Shown here: positions 52,226 through 61,682 of the stretch, piece by piece | Position numbering within the stretch: position 1 is the stretch's first letter | Layout of the letters: every line of letters begins with the position of its first letter | NCBI GenBank assembly: GCA_963784785.1 | Contig: CAWASW010000007.1 | Coordinates: forward strand, 2,394 to 66,393 | Source: Candidatus Woesebacteria bacterium | GTDB lineage: Bacteria > Patescibacteriota > Microgenomatia > UBA8517 | Length of the DNA: 64,000 bases | Direction of reading: 5' to 3' | Notes under the pieces: model-generated | Told to the model about the DNA's origin: nothing | Databases searched by the model: none | Seen by the model: only the letters and a program-made list of their open reading frames with translations | Program-made: the position numbers and the translations under genes

Positions 52226-53551
52226 TTAGGCTTTAGTATGCTTTGAGTCTCTTGAGAAGAACTTAATTCTATCTCCCTTAAAGAACAATGGAATTGAATG
52301 AAGTGCACCGTTTCTGTGTTTGGCAATATCAAGCATGATGTTTTCATTATTTTCATCATCTTCTTTCCATAAAAACATAACTATATCAGCATCCTGTTCA
52401 ATAGATCCCGACTCTCTTAGATCTGATAGTTGTGGTTTTTTAATATTTCTTGATTCAACCCCTCTTGATAACTGAGAAAGCGCAATTACAGGAACTTTAA
52501 GTTCTCTAGCCAAATTTTTAAGACCTTGTGATATTTCTGAAACTTCTTGTACTCTATTTTCCAAATTTCTAGAACGAGCAAGCTGCAAGTAATCAACAAT
52601 TATCAAGTCCAGTCCTTGTTCTACTTGAAGTCTTCTTGCCTTTGTCCTCATCTCCAAGATTGATAATGCTGGAGTATCATCGATATAAATTGGCGCTTCT
52701 GCCAAAATTCCCATAGCATTACTTAATTTTGTAAAATCATTCTCATCAAGCTTTCCGGTCTTGAGTCTCCACGCATCTATATCTGCCTCATTAACAAGAA
52801 GTCTATCTACAAGTTCTTCTTTACTCATTTCAAGCGAGAAAAATCCAACATGTTTTTTATTTACTACTGCTGCATGTTGAGCGATATTCATCGCAAGTGT
52901 TGTTTTTCCAACACCAGGACGAGCTGCTAAAATTATCAAGTTACTTTTTTGTAGGCCTGCGGTAGCATTATCAAGATCTATAAACCCAGTGGATACCCCT
53001 CTTAATCCTCCTTCTTGTTTATGCAGTTCATCTAGTCTGTCAAAACTTTCTGCAAGTGTGTCGCGTACTGAAGTAAAAGCTTTTTTAACATTTTTTTGAC
53101 TAAGTGAAAAAACTTCAGACTCTGCTTTATCAAGTAAATCAGCAGAAGACATACCTTCATCAAGCGAAAACTCCACAAGTCTTGAAGCGGCCTTCATCAG
53201 AGATCTCTTAACTGCTTGATCCTTAACAATTTTGCCGTAATGCTCAACATGGGCAGCAGTTGGAACTTTATTTGCAATATCAGTGAGGTATGAAGCCCCT
53301 CCAACTCTTTTTAAATCCTTTTGCTTTTTTAATTTTTCAGAAACAGTTAAAACGTCAACTGGGACTCTTTCTTCATAAAGAGAAAGAATTGCTTCATAAA
53401 TATCTTTGTGACGTTCGTCGTAAAAATCTTCAGGCAACAAAAATTCAGCTACAGCAATTACTGCATCTTTATCAAGTAACAGAGCGCCAAGAACGCTTGC
53501 CTCTGCCTCAGCTGAGTGGGGTGGAACCCTTAGGTTATTTAAATCTGCCAT
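52226..53551 (-). CDS. dnaB: Replicative helicase DnaB
   Basis: AARPGVGKT, FSLEM, DYLQL, LSQLSR, SGSIEQDAD, KHRNG. Confidence 0.97.
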   Translation of the reverse strand: MADLNNLRVPPHSAEAEASVLGALLLDKDAVIAVAEFLLPEDFYDERHKDIYEAILSLYEERVPVDVLTVSEKLKKQKDLKRVGGASYLTDIANKVPTAAHVEHYGKIVKDQAVKRSLMKAASRLVEFSLDEGMSSADLLDKAESEVFSLSQKNVKKAFTSVRDTLAESFDRLDELHKQEGGLRGVSTGFIDLDNATAGLQKSNLIILAARPGVGKTTLAMNIAQHAAVVNKKHVGFFSLEMSKEELVDRLLVNEADIDAWRLKTGKLDENDFTKLSNAMGILAEAPIYIDDTPALSILEMRTKARRLQVEQGLDLIIVDYLQLARSRNLENRVQEVSEISQGLKNLARELKVPVIALSQLSRGVESRNIKKPQLSDLRESGSIEQDADIVMFLWKEDDENNENIMLDIAKHRNGALHSIPLFFKGDRIKFFSRDSKHTKA

Positions 53552-53553
53552 TA

Positions 53554-54051
53554 TTAAGTACTTAGTACTATTACTTGGGCAGCGGAGTCCTCAATCAAAT
53601 CATCCTTCTTCACACTAAATTTATTCATCTTCTCAACGACTAAGCCGCTCTCTTTAAGGAACTTCTCCAACTCCTCTTCAGTTTTGTATCCAAATGGAAT
53701 TATGTAATATCCTTCTATTTGTTGAATCATTTCAATTGATTCTGCTGTAACTGGAACCAAAACAATATCTATATCACCAATTGCAGACACTTTGCTGTCT
53801 GACAACTTTTTAGTTATATTTCCTAAATGACAAATACGAAGATTATCAACTTCATAGACAAAAACTGTTCCTTCTTCAGTCTTGAAACCAATTACAGAAA
53901 TTCCTGCCACTTCATATTCCCCTGCAGTTTTGAATATTTTTGAATTAGATCCATCTAATGATTCCAATTTCAATCCGTTTGGATCAGTCAATGCGAATCC
54001 AGTTTTTCCTTTAATCTTAAATATTGAATCAGAAACTTTTGTGATTTCCAT
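53554..54051 (-). CDS. Degenerate MBL-fold hydrolase-like protein
   Basis: GEYEVAG, ICHLG, DIVLVPV, IIP; HxHxDH absent. Confidence 0.65.
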   Translation of the reverse strand: MEITKVSDSIFKIKGKTGFALTDPNGLKLESLDGSNSKIFKTAGEYEVAGISVIGFKTEEGTVFVYEVDNLRICHLGNITKKLSDSKVSAIGDIDIVLVPVTAESIEMIQQIEGYYIIPFGYKTEEELEKFLKESGLVVEKMNKFSVKKDDLIEDSAAQVIVLST

Positions 54052-54123
54052 TTGTAAAGTCATTCTAACCAATTAAGCATTTCTTGACAAGTAGAGAACA
54101 AAGAAGGTATATTAGCAAACGCA

Positions 54124-54945
54124 ATGCGAAAAGAAGTGCTCTATGCAGTCGTGGCAGGAATATCAATTGGACTTATTGCTGCTTTCGGTACATGGAGAAT
54201 TTCAAAACTAGTCAAAATTAAACCAACTCCTATAAACAAGATTGAGGTGCCAACCCCTAAAAATATTGATACTTTAACAATAGATGGATTAAAAAATTAT
54301 GATGTAGTAACAGATGATCCAATCATTAAAGGTCTGACATCTCCAGATTCGAGTGTTGTAATTTCTACCAATGATACTGACTATTACACAAAATCAAATA
54401 GTGAAGGGGAATTTGAAATTGCGATAGAAACTCCATCAGGTATGTCTGCTATCAAAATAAATGATCAAAAACTGATTTTAATTTATTCAACTGATGTTGA
54501 AACCAACAAAGTAGCTTATGTTGGGACGATTACAGATATTTCAGCTGAAACAATACAGGTCAGAGGAAACAAAGGTGAAATTTTACAAGTATCCACAAAC
54601 AATAGCACCAGATATATAAATAATTTAAGGAAAGATATTGAGGTCAAAATGACAGATTTAGCTATTGGAGATTACGTAGTTGCAATCGGTGATCAAGCTA
54701 CTAACAAAGTATTAACTGCTAACAGAATTTTAGTCGCTTCTCCCCTTGTAGACAATAAAATTGAAGTGCAAAGAATTACAATTGAAAAGATTACTAAGAA
54801 TGTAATAAATGACATCAAGCTTCCAGCTAAGTGGAATGGTCCTAATATCAAAGAGTTAGAAGTTGGAGAGGAAGTAATTTTAGTAGGAATAAGAGTGGAC
54901 GAAAAAACATACACTTTAAGAAGTATCTTCAAAACTGTAGAATAA
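54124..54945 (+). CDS. Membrane-anchored protein with Ig-like and OB-like repeats
   Basis: N-terminal TM; G.ITDI..., DLAIGDYVVAIG. Confidence 0.65.
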   Translation: MRKEVLYAVVAGISIGLIAAFGTWRISKLVKIKPTPINKIEVPTPKNIDTLTIDGLKNYDVVTDDPIIKGLTSPDSSVVISTNDTDYYTKSNSEGEFEIAIETPSGMSAIKINDQKLILIYSTDVETNKVAYVGTITDISAETIQVRGNKGEILQVSTNNSTRYINNLRKDIEVKMTDLAIGDYVVAIGDQATNKVLTANRILVASPLVDNKIEVQRITIEKITKNVINDIKLPAKWNGPNIKELEVGEEVILVGIRVDEKTYTLRSIFKTVE

Positions 54946-54952
54946 TTCATAT

Positions 54953-55153
54953 ATGTTGTTGGTAGACAGAAAACTGTCAAAATTACTTTCCGAGTTCTTT
55001 CTTGATATTTCCAAGGCTTAGTTTATAGCTTCATTTATATCTCCTGTTTTATTGCAAGGTACAGGTATTGAAATTTTTACCTCTTTATTTAAAGGGGTAC
55101 TAAATGTTATATTTTATCTAGCAGTTTCTTATTGGCTAATCAGAAAATATTAA
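54953..55153 (+). pseudogene. Small two-TM protein with internal TAG
   Basis: MLLVDRKLSKLLSEFFLDISKA*FIASFISP...; stop at 55019-55021; resembles 17462-17665. Confidence 0.5.
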
Positions 55154-55155
55154 TT

Positions 55156-55293
55156 ATGAATTTTACCGAAATTTACAATTCAACAAGCTTATACTTTTTA
55201 ATTGCAGTAGTGGGCATAATTCTTTTGTTAAATCTTTTTTCAAAAACACCAGTTAAGATTAAAAAATTGACAAAAAAGAAATTGTCAGTATAA
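55156..55293 (+). CDS. 45-aa single-TM microprotein
   Basis: MNFTEIYNSTSLYFLIAVVGIILLLNLFSK...; 2 nt after previous stop. Confidence 0.45.
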   Translation: MNFTEIYNSTSLYFLIAVVGIILLLNLFSKTPVKIKKLTKKKLSV

Positions 55294-55294
55294 T
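55267..55294 (+). promoter_or_regulatory. Consensus sigma70 promoter
   Basis: TTGACA-16-TATAAT. Confidence 0.75.
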
Positions 55295-55299
55295 ATGCA

Positions 55300-55458
55300 T
55301 ACATTTTAATACATCCGTTTTAAGTATCAGTCACGCGATACAAGGAGCCTCGCAAAATCGAGGACGCAGGGAAAAGCGTAAACAGATTCCAACCATTGTC
55401 ACCGCAAAGTAGAGATGGAAAATTAAAATAATTTTAAGACGCGGCAAGCGTCTTTTTT
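55300..55458 (+). ncRNA. Candidate structured sRNA or leader
   Basis: Four short hairpins then terminator; no substantial ORF. Confidence 0.4.
55436..55458 (+). terminator. Intrinsic terminator
   Basis: AAGACGC-GGCAA-GCGTCTT plus T-run. Confidence 0.7.
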
Positions 55459-55504
55459 CGTCCATAGGGACGATCGGCCTCGGACTGATGTTTTAACCAG
55501 TATC

Positions 55505-55534
55505 TCTCGTTTGTATGACAAACGGGATTTTTTT
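55505..55534 (+). terminator. Intrinsic terminator
   Basis: TCTCGTTTGT-ATG-ACAAACGGGA plus T7. Confidence 0.7.
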
Positions 55535-55562
55535 ATGGCGAAGCCTCAAGCTTTACTTATTT

Positions 55563-55635
55563 GGTAGGGGTAGTGTAATTGGAAACACGCAGGCCTGTGA
55601 AGCCTGAATCGGGGGATCGTTTCCCCTCCCCTACC
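55563..55635 (+). tRNA. tRNA-His(GUG) with atypical T-loop
   Basis: G-1/C73, GTAGGGG/CCCCTAC, CAGGC-CTGTGAA-GCCTG; T-loop ATCGTTT. Confidence 0.85.
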
Positions 55636-55636
55636 C

Positions 55637-57190
55637 ATGAAGAAAGTAAACAATATGAAAGAAATATGTATGGAAGAAAATATAAATGCCAATGACTTAT
55701 TTGGGCGCCTTTTAGAGCGTCAACTGTTTCCATGGGAAAATAACAGAATTACGATTTATCAATCAATCTCAGAAAGTTCTCAAATTGAAACTCAATATAC
55801 AATAGATAAACTAAAACAGTTTTCTAATATCAAGGCAGACGATGTGATTAACAAAATAAGAGGAAGATCGGAGAGTTGGGGCTACAATAAATACTTGGAC
55901 CATTTATGGCTCTTTGCGATTCCTCACTTGAGGACTTTTCAAAGAACCTAAGCCAATTAGACAAAGTTGACGAATCTTCAGACGAAGGTAGATATTGGAT
56001 TGTTAAAAATCTAGCATTCGAAACCAAGAGATTATCAAAACAAAAGGAAGATAGCACAAAAGAGTTTGAAAGATATCGAAAGGAAACCATAAATTCGAAA
56101 GTAAATACATTAAAAGCAACACCATCGGATGATAGTTATCGCGATGAATTTAATAGAATTGTCTGTACAATAGCTGATGATTTGAAGGTTAGTTTGCCGG
56201 AAGCCGAATTGATTGTAAAAACAGAAATTGAAAATAATGTCACAGAACAAGATATTAAGGAATATATATTTAACTCCTTATCTGAAAGAAAACTTAAACA
56301 ACTAAAGGCGACTTTACAAAAAAATATTCAAAAATTAGGCGATCCCAATAAGGCACTTACCTTAACTTCTATTCAGTTTGAAATTGACAAAATAAAAACT
56401 GACAATATTTGGGGTTCTGATAAATTTGAAAAAATAATGCTGAATGGTTTAAAAGGTGAAAATATAAACTTAATGACAATGCTTTGTCTAATTAATCAAT
56501 TTGATTATAATGGCGGGTATCAATCAATTTCTGATTTGAATGCGTATCTCGAAAATCCAAAACTTGAGGCAATTCCACTAATTATAAATGAGATGCTATT
56601 ATTACCTAATTTTCTCCAATTTTATGGAATTAAATCTAATCTAACAATTTATATTGCTGATACAGACTATACTGAAATTGGTGAATTTGGACCAGTTAAC
56701 GATAGAAATGTAAAAAATATTCAGTTGTATATCAAAAATGTACAAAATTATCTAACCAACACGAGAGGCGTCGTGGTTTTACCTATCTCACAAATTACAG
56801 ATAACAACAAATTCAATAGTAATCAGTAAAAAAAGATATCTCTGAAAAAGTAAAGAGCTTTAAGGACTATGACTTTCAAGAGAATGGTATCAAAAATTCG
56901 AAGACGACGTTGAAAAAGATTTTGAAAGTCAAACAAAGAGAAAGATATTCTCAAAGGAAGAAATGAGACAAAGATCTTTGAACTAACGAAAAGTATTTTG
57001 GGCATGCAACGCAGCACAAGGTGCGGTATTTGGGACAATTGGTCAAAATACAATCCTAGTTAGTACTGGAGAAGAAAGAGATGTAAATTACACAATCGAT
57101 AAAAGATCAAGAGAAAATTTCCCTCCAGTTCTATATATTCTAAAGGCAGCAGAGAACTGGAACAGAAAGATCGTTCAAAAACAAACATAA
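55637..57190 (+). pseudogene. About 510-aa unknown protein with several frame breaks
   Basis: Protein-like frames join across breaks near 55905, 56825, 56880 and 56985; ends ...FPPVLYILKAAENWNRKIVQKQT. Confidence 0.6.
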
Positions 57191-57207
57191 AGATGCTAAA
57201 ATTAGAT

Positions 57208-58434
57208 ATGTCAAATAACAAAATACAGACATTAAAAGGATTTAGAGATTTTTTGCCTCAAGACGCATTGAAGCGTCAGTGGCTAAAAAATAAACTTGTA
57301 GGAATCTTTGAAATTTGGGGATATGATCCAATGGAAACGCCAACTCTCGAACCCTTAGAGATTTTTAAAGGTCAGGTTGGTGAGGATGAAAAATTATTTT
57401 TTCAATTTGAAGATCAAGGTGGAAGAAAAGTTGCCCTTCGTTATGACCAGACAATTCCAACCTGCCGTGCAATTGGGCAATATTCTAATGAGCTTATTAT
57501 GCCTTTTAGAAGGTATCAAATGCAAAGTGCATTTAGATCCGAAAAACCACAAAAAGGAAGATATCGAGAATTTTTACAATGTGATGCTGACATCTTTGGG
57601 ACATCTTCTCCCCTTGCAGATGCAGAGGTGATAGCATTATCGCTTGATATATACAAAAGGCTTGGATTTAAAAAGGCTGTTGTTTTAATTAACGACAGAG
57701 AATTGTTAAAGGATTTGCCATATGAAGCGATAGTTTCAATTGATAAATTAAAAAAGATTGGAAAAGATGGAGTTATTTCTGAAATGATTGCAAAAGGAAT
57801 TGATAAAGGTAAAGCAATCGAATATTTTGATTTTGTAATGTTACTTAAGCCAAACGAAAGAATTAAATTTATATTAGATTATTTGAAAAATTATGGTTTT
57901 AATGAGAATTGGTATAAATTCGAACCAACTTTGGCAAGATCCTTCTCATATTCATCAGGTCCTATATGGGAAATTGAAATACCTGATTCTTCTGGTGGAT
58001 CAGTTTTAGGCGGTGAAAGATATGACAATATAGTTAAAGAAATATCAGTAGTTGACGTACAAGGCACTGGATTTGCAATCGGATTTGACAGAACTCTCGA
58101 AGCCTTGGAAGAATTGGGGCTATTGCCTGATTTAAAAACTAACTCAAACGTTTTAGTTACAATCTTTAATAAGGATTTACTTAGTGAGTCTATCAAAGCA
58201 CTTAGAGTTTTAAGAGAAAACAACATAAACACAGAACTATATCCTGATCAAAATGTAAAACTTGAAAAGCAATTAAAGTATGCTGACAAAAAACAAATCC
58301 CATATGTAATTATTATTGGCCAGGATGAAGCTTTGAAAAATTTAGTAACGTTAAAAAACTTGCTGACAAAAGAGCAAAGACAAGTTACTATTAATGAAGC
58401 ATGCAAATTACTCCTCGAATCAAAGCCTATTTAA
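57208..58434 (+). CDS. hisS: Histidyl-tRNA synthetase
   Basis: KGFRD, LRYDQT, FRSEKPQKGRYREFLQCD, GGERYD, GFAIGFDR. Confidence 0.96.
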   Translation: MSNNKIQTLKGFRDFLPQDALKRQWLKNKLVGIFEIWGYDPMETPTLEPLEIFKGQVGEDEKLFFQFEDQGGRKVALRYDQTIPTCRAIGQYSNELIMPFRRYQMQSAFRSEKPQKGRYREFLQCDADIFGTSSPLADAEVIALSLDIYKRLGFKKAVVLINDRELLKDLPYEAIVSIDKLKKIGKDGVISEMIAKGIDKGKAIEYFDFVMLLKPNERIKFILDYLKNYGFNENWYKFEPTLARSFSYSSGPIWEIEIPDSSGGSVLGGERYDNIVKEISVVDVQGTGFAIGFDRTLEALEELGLLPDLKTNSNVLVTIFNKDLLSESIKALRVLRENNINTELYPDQNVKLEKQLKYADKKQIPYVIIIGQDEALKNLVTLKNLLTKEQRQVTINEACKLLLESKPI

Positions 58435-59360
58435 TGCTTCTTGTAGTCTCAGTTATTTGGGGTGTAGCTTCACCTGTAATTAAATTTACACTAGAGGGAT
58501 TTTCTGCTCCAGTTTTCTTAGCATATAGGTTTGGAATTTCTACAATATTGGCAATAATCATTTTTGCAATTAATGGAATACATTTACCTAAGGATCCTAA
58601 ACTAATTTTTCTTGTTATTCTTTATGGATTTTTAAATTCAGTGGTTTCCCTTGGTTTTTTGTTTTTTGGTATGGAAAATACTTCAGTTCTTGAAGCTGGG
58701 TTAATTACAATGTCTTCCCCATTAATAGTCTCGACCGCAGGTGTTTATTTTCTACATGAACATATTACAAAAAGAGAAAAGATTGGAATGGGAATTGCCA
58801 TTCTAGGAACTGCCTTGACAATAGTTGGTCCGCTTTTAACAAACGGCCATAGTGAACTAAAATTTACTGGTAACCTAATGGTTTTTGGTTACGTCGTTTC
58901 GACGCTTGTGACAACGCTATTGGTCAAAAAGTTACTTAAAAAAGAAGTTAATCCAATGACTATTACAAACATATCTTTTATCGTTGGTTTTGTTTGTTTT
59001 GCCCTGTTTGTTTTGAATAACTATTCATCTAATTATCTAATTCAACTAATTACTAAAACTCCAAGTGGTTACCACTTAGGAGTTTTCTATATGGCCATTA
59101 TTTCAGGTACCCTTGCCTTTTGGCTCTCCAACAAAGCTCAGAAATCAATTGAAATTGGCGAACAGTCACTTTTTTCATATTTGTATCCTATTTTTTCATT
59201 ACCACTAGCTGTAATCTGGCTTGGAGAAAGAATAATGCCAGTTCACATAATTGGAGGAATTATAATAATAATTGGAGTAGCCATTGCCGAGATTAAAAAG
59301 AAAAGGTATAATACAATCTCTAAATCATATGAAAGCAGTAATTCATCCAAAATGGTTTAA
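58401..59360 (+). CDS. EamA/DMT transporter (two domains)
   Basis: IWG, RF, LHE, LGE; about 10 TMs. Confidence 0.9.
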   Translation: MQITPRIKAYLMLLVVSVIWGVASPVIKFTLEGFSAPVFLAYRFGISTILAIIIFAINGIHLPKDPKLIFLVILYGFLNSVVSLGFLFFGMENTSVLEAGLITMSSPLIVSTAGVYFLHEHITKREKIGMGIAILGTALTIVGPLLTNGHSELKFTGNLMVFGYVVSTLVTTLLVKKLLKKEVNPMTITNISFIVGFVCFALFVLNNYSSNYLIQLITKTPSGYHLGVFYMAIISGTLAFWLSNKAQKSIEIGEQSLFSYLYPIFSLPLAVIWLGERIMPVHIIGGIIIIIGVAIAEIKKKRYNTISKSYESSNSSKMV

Positions 59361-59637
59361 AGAATGCAAGGTAACTTGTGCTTGTGGCAATGCATTTACA
59401 ACAGGAGCTACCACAGAATCAATTTACGTTGAGGTCTGTAGTAAATGTCATCCTTTCTACACTGGACAAATGAAATTCTTAGATACTGCAGGAAGAGTTG
59501 AAAAGTTCAAAACAAGAATTACTTCTGCTTCTACCAAAAATGTAAGTAAAACTGACAAAAGAAAGATGAAAAGAGAGAAGAAAATTCAAGCAGAGCTTGC
59601 AAGGCCAGAAACACTTGCTGCACTTAGAAATGCTTAA
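59329..59637 (+). CDS. rpmE: 50S ribosomal protein L31
   Basis: [27 protein letters not shown]. Confidence 0.96.
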   Translation: MKAVIHPKWFKECKVTCACGNAFTTGATTESIYVEVCSKCHPFYTGQMKFLDTAGRVEKFKTRITSASTKNVSKTDKRKMKREKKIQAELARPETLAALRNA

Positions 59638-60325
59638 TCAAACCGCGTATATAGAAATTCGTGGAGCCACAGGTGGAGATGAAGCCAAATTATGGGGTCA
59701 AGATCTTCTTCGTATGTATTCACGCTTTGCAACCAAAAAAAATTGGAAACAAGCCCAAATTGATGATTTAACTCTAAAAATCTCTGGACCTGATGTTTTT
59801 GATCTTCTAAAAAATGAGTCTGGAGTACACAGAGTTCAAAGAGTACCTACTACTGAAAAAAGAGGCAGAATTCACACTTCAACCGCAACAGTCGCTGTAT
59901 TGCCTGAAGTCGCAGAGACAGACGTTCAAATCGACTCACGCGACCTTGAGTGGCAGTTTACTACTGCTGGCGGTCATGGCGGACAAAACGTCAACAAAGT
60001 AGCGACAGCAGTAAGACTTAGACATGTTCCCTCTGGAATAGTAGTTCAAGCAAGAGAAGAAAGATTTCAAGAACAAAATAGAATTATTGCCATGGCACTT
60101 CTTCGAACTAAACTCTGGGAAAAACAAGAAGAAGATAAGTTAAAAACAATTGCAGGATACAGAAGCGTGATAGGCAAAGGAATGAGGAGTGAGAAAATCA
60201 GGACTTATAACTATCCACAGGATAGAATCACTGATCATAGAATTGGTAAAAACTGGGGAAATTTGGAAGTAATCGTCGACGGCAATCTTGATAAGGTAAT
60301 CGAACTCACCAAAAATATCCAGTAA
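59630..60325 (+). CDS. prfA: Peptide chain release factor 1, lacking N-terminal domain
   Basis: [23 protein letters not shown] (PxT), [16 protein letters not shown]. Confidence 0.85.
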   Translation: MLNQTAYIEIRGATGGDEAKLWGQDLLRMYSRFATKKNWKQAQIDDLTLKISGPDVFDLLKNESGVHRVQRVPTTEKRGRIHTSTATVAVLPEVAETDVQIDSRDLEWQFTTAGGHGGQNVNKVATAVRLRHVPSGIVVQAREERFQEQNRIIAMALLRTKLWEKQEEDKLKTIAGYRSVIGKGMRSEKIRTYNYPQDRITDHRIGKNWGNLEVIVDGNLDKVIELTKNIQ

Positions 60326-60326
60326 T

Positions 60327-61292
60327 TCATCTTAATAGCATCAAAATTAAACTTACGATTTTTTCTTTATCTTTCGGATTACTTTCCGCAACCAATAATG
60401 TTAATGTTGTTAAAGCTTCAGGTGAAATCCTTGTTGTATCTAACATTTTTGCTTTATGCAAAAACCAGACGAATGCAAATGCACCGCTTCGTTTATTGCC
60501 ATCATTAAACGGGTGATTTTTAACAAAAAAATACAATAGATGAGAAGCTTTTTCTTCAATTGTGGGATATACGTCCTTTCCAGCAAATGATTGAAAAACA
60601 TTTCCAAGGATACCTTTTACGCTTTCTTTCTGTTTTTCTTGACCGAATAACTCAGAAGCCTCGTTCTTTTTTATCAACTCAGTTTTTAGGCTAATCAGCG
60701 CCTTTTCTAATTCATCAGATGTAACATTTACTTGTTTCTTTATATTTCCTCTTTTAGGAAATTCGATTTTGTCATAGGTATCCAAAGACAACCATGTTGA
60801 AGCAAAAAGTTTAATTAATTCAATTACTGATTCAGTTCTCAACTCGCTACTATTAGGCAAAAACTTTTTGATATCATCAACGGCTTGTATGAACATACTG
60901 TAGTTTTTAAACAGCCTTTTCTTGTTTAAAGTGTAACCCTCAACAATATGCTGTTTCAAAGTCTTTGTCGCCCATTGACGAAAAATTGTTGCTTTTTTGG
61001 AATTTACTCTGTATCCGACACTTAATATAAGATCTAAATTGTAGTGTTCTATATTTCTTTTTATTTCTCTATTACCCTCTTTTTGAACTGTTGCAAAAAA
61101 CGCAACAGTTGATTTACGATCAAGTTCGTTATCAGTATAAATATTTTTAATGTGTCTTGATATACCAGATTTATCAGTTTCAAAAAGATCAACTATTTGT
61201 TGCAGACTAGCCCAAATGGTTTCCTTTTCAAAATCACCCTTAAATTCTAAAGATCCATTTTTACTTTGATATATAACTATTTGTCTATCCAT
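60327..61292 (-). CDS. RhuM-like plus Fic/Doc domain protein
   Basis: YNLD..SVGYRVNS..FRQWA; HPFNDGNKR. Confidence 0.9.
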   Translation of the reverse strand: MDRQIVIYQSKNGSLEFKGDFEKETIWASLQQIVDLFETDKSGISRHIKNIYTDNELDRKSTVAFFATVQKEGNREIKRNIEHYNLDLILSVGYRVNSKKATIFRQWATKTLKQHIVEGYTLNKKRLFKNYSMFIQAVDDIKKFLPNSSELRTESVIELIKLFASTWLSLDTYDKIEFPKRGNIKKQVNVTSDELEKALISLKTELIKKNEASELFGQEKQKESVKGILGNVFQSFAGKDVYPTIEEKASHLLYFFVKNHPFNDGNKRSGAFAFVWFLHKAKMLDTTRISPEALTTLTLLVAESNPKDKEKIVSLILMLLR

Positions 61293-61386
61293 GATTTTAT
61301 TTTAGTACATACCACAAAACTTGCAAATATTGATAAGTAGGTATAAACTATGGGCTCAAATCCTGTGTTGAAAGGAGATCTTTGAA

Positions 61387-61497
61387 ATGGCAGCCAAACT
61401 AGGCCCCGCTAAAGTTACCGTAATTGTAATTTTATGTATGTTCCTTTTTTTTGGAGCATGTGCCCTTTTTGGCGTGTATATCCCGTCAAATTTCTAA
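61387..61497 (+). CDS. 36-aa SD-led TM microprotein
   Basis: AAAGGAGATCTTTGAAATG; MAAKLGPAKVTVIVILCMFLFFGACALFGVYIPSNF. Confidence 0.6.
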   Translation: MAAKLGPAKVTVIVILCMFLFFGACALFGVYIPSNF

Positions 61498-61532
61498 AAA
61501 ATAAAAAATTCTCAAGGAAAGGAGAAAATACC

Positions 61533-61625
61533 ATGTCAGCAAAAGCTCAATGGGTTACGATAGTCGTGACGATTGCAATAAGCATTTCCGCAGTCGTCTA
61601 CGCGATTTCACAAGGTTGGTTGTAA
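61533..61625 (+). CDS. 30-aa SD-led TM microprotein
   Basis: AAAGGAG SD; MSAKAQWVTIVVTIAISISAVVYAISQGWL. Confidence 0.6.
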   Translation: MSAKAQWVTIVVTIAISISAVVYAISQGWL

Positions 61626-61637
61626 TTTTTTTTCGTT

Positions 61638-61682
61638 TAACAGTGGTTTTTGTTACCAAGCACGAACCACTGTTAGTTTTTT
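61638..61682 (+). terminator. Terminator-like hairpin
   Basis: TAACAGTGGTT/AACCACTGTTA, 16-nt loop, T-run. Confidence 0.6.

Noticed and set aside
55300-55562. T-box riboswitch or his attenuator
   Set aside because: No GGTGGNACC antiterminator and no His-codon-rich leader ORF.
55019-56986. Stop-codon recoding to explain internal stops
   Set aside because: TAA, TAG and TGA all end conserved genes here (e.g. nusB and efp TGA, tyrS and recG TAG), and most breaks are frameshifts.
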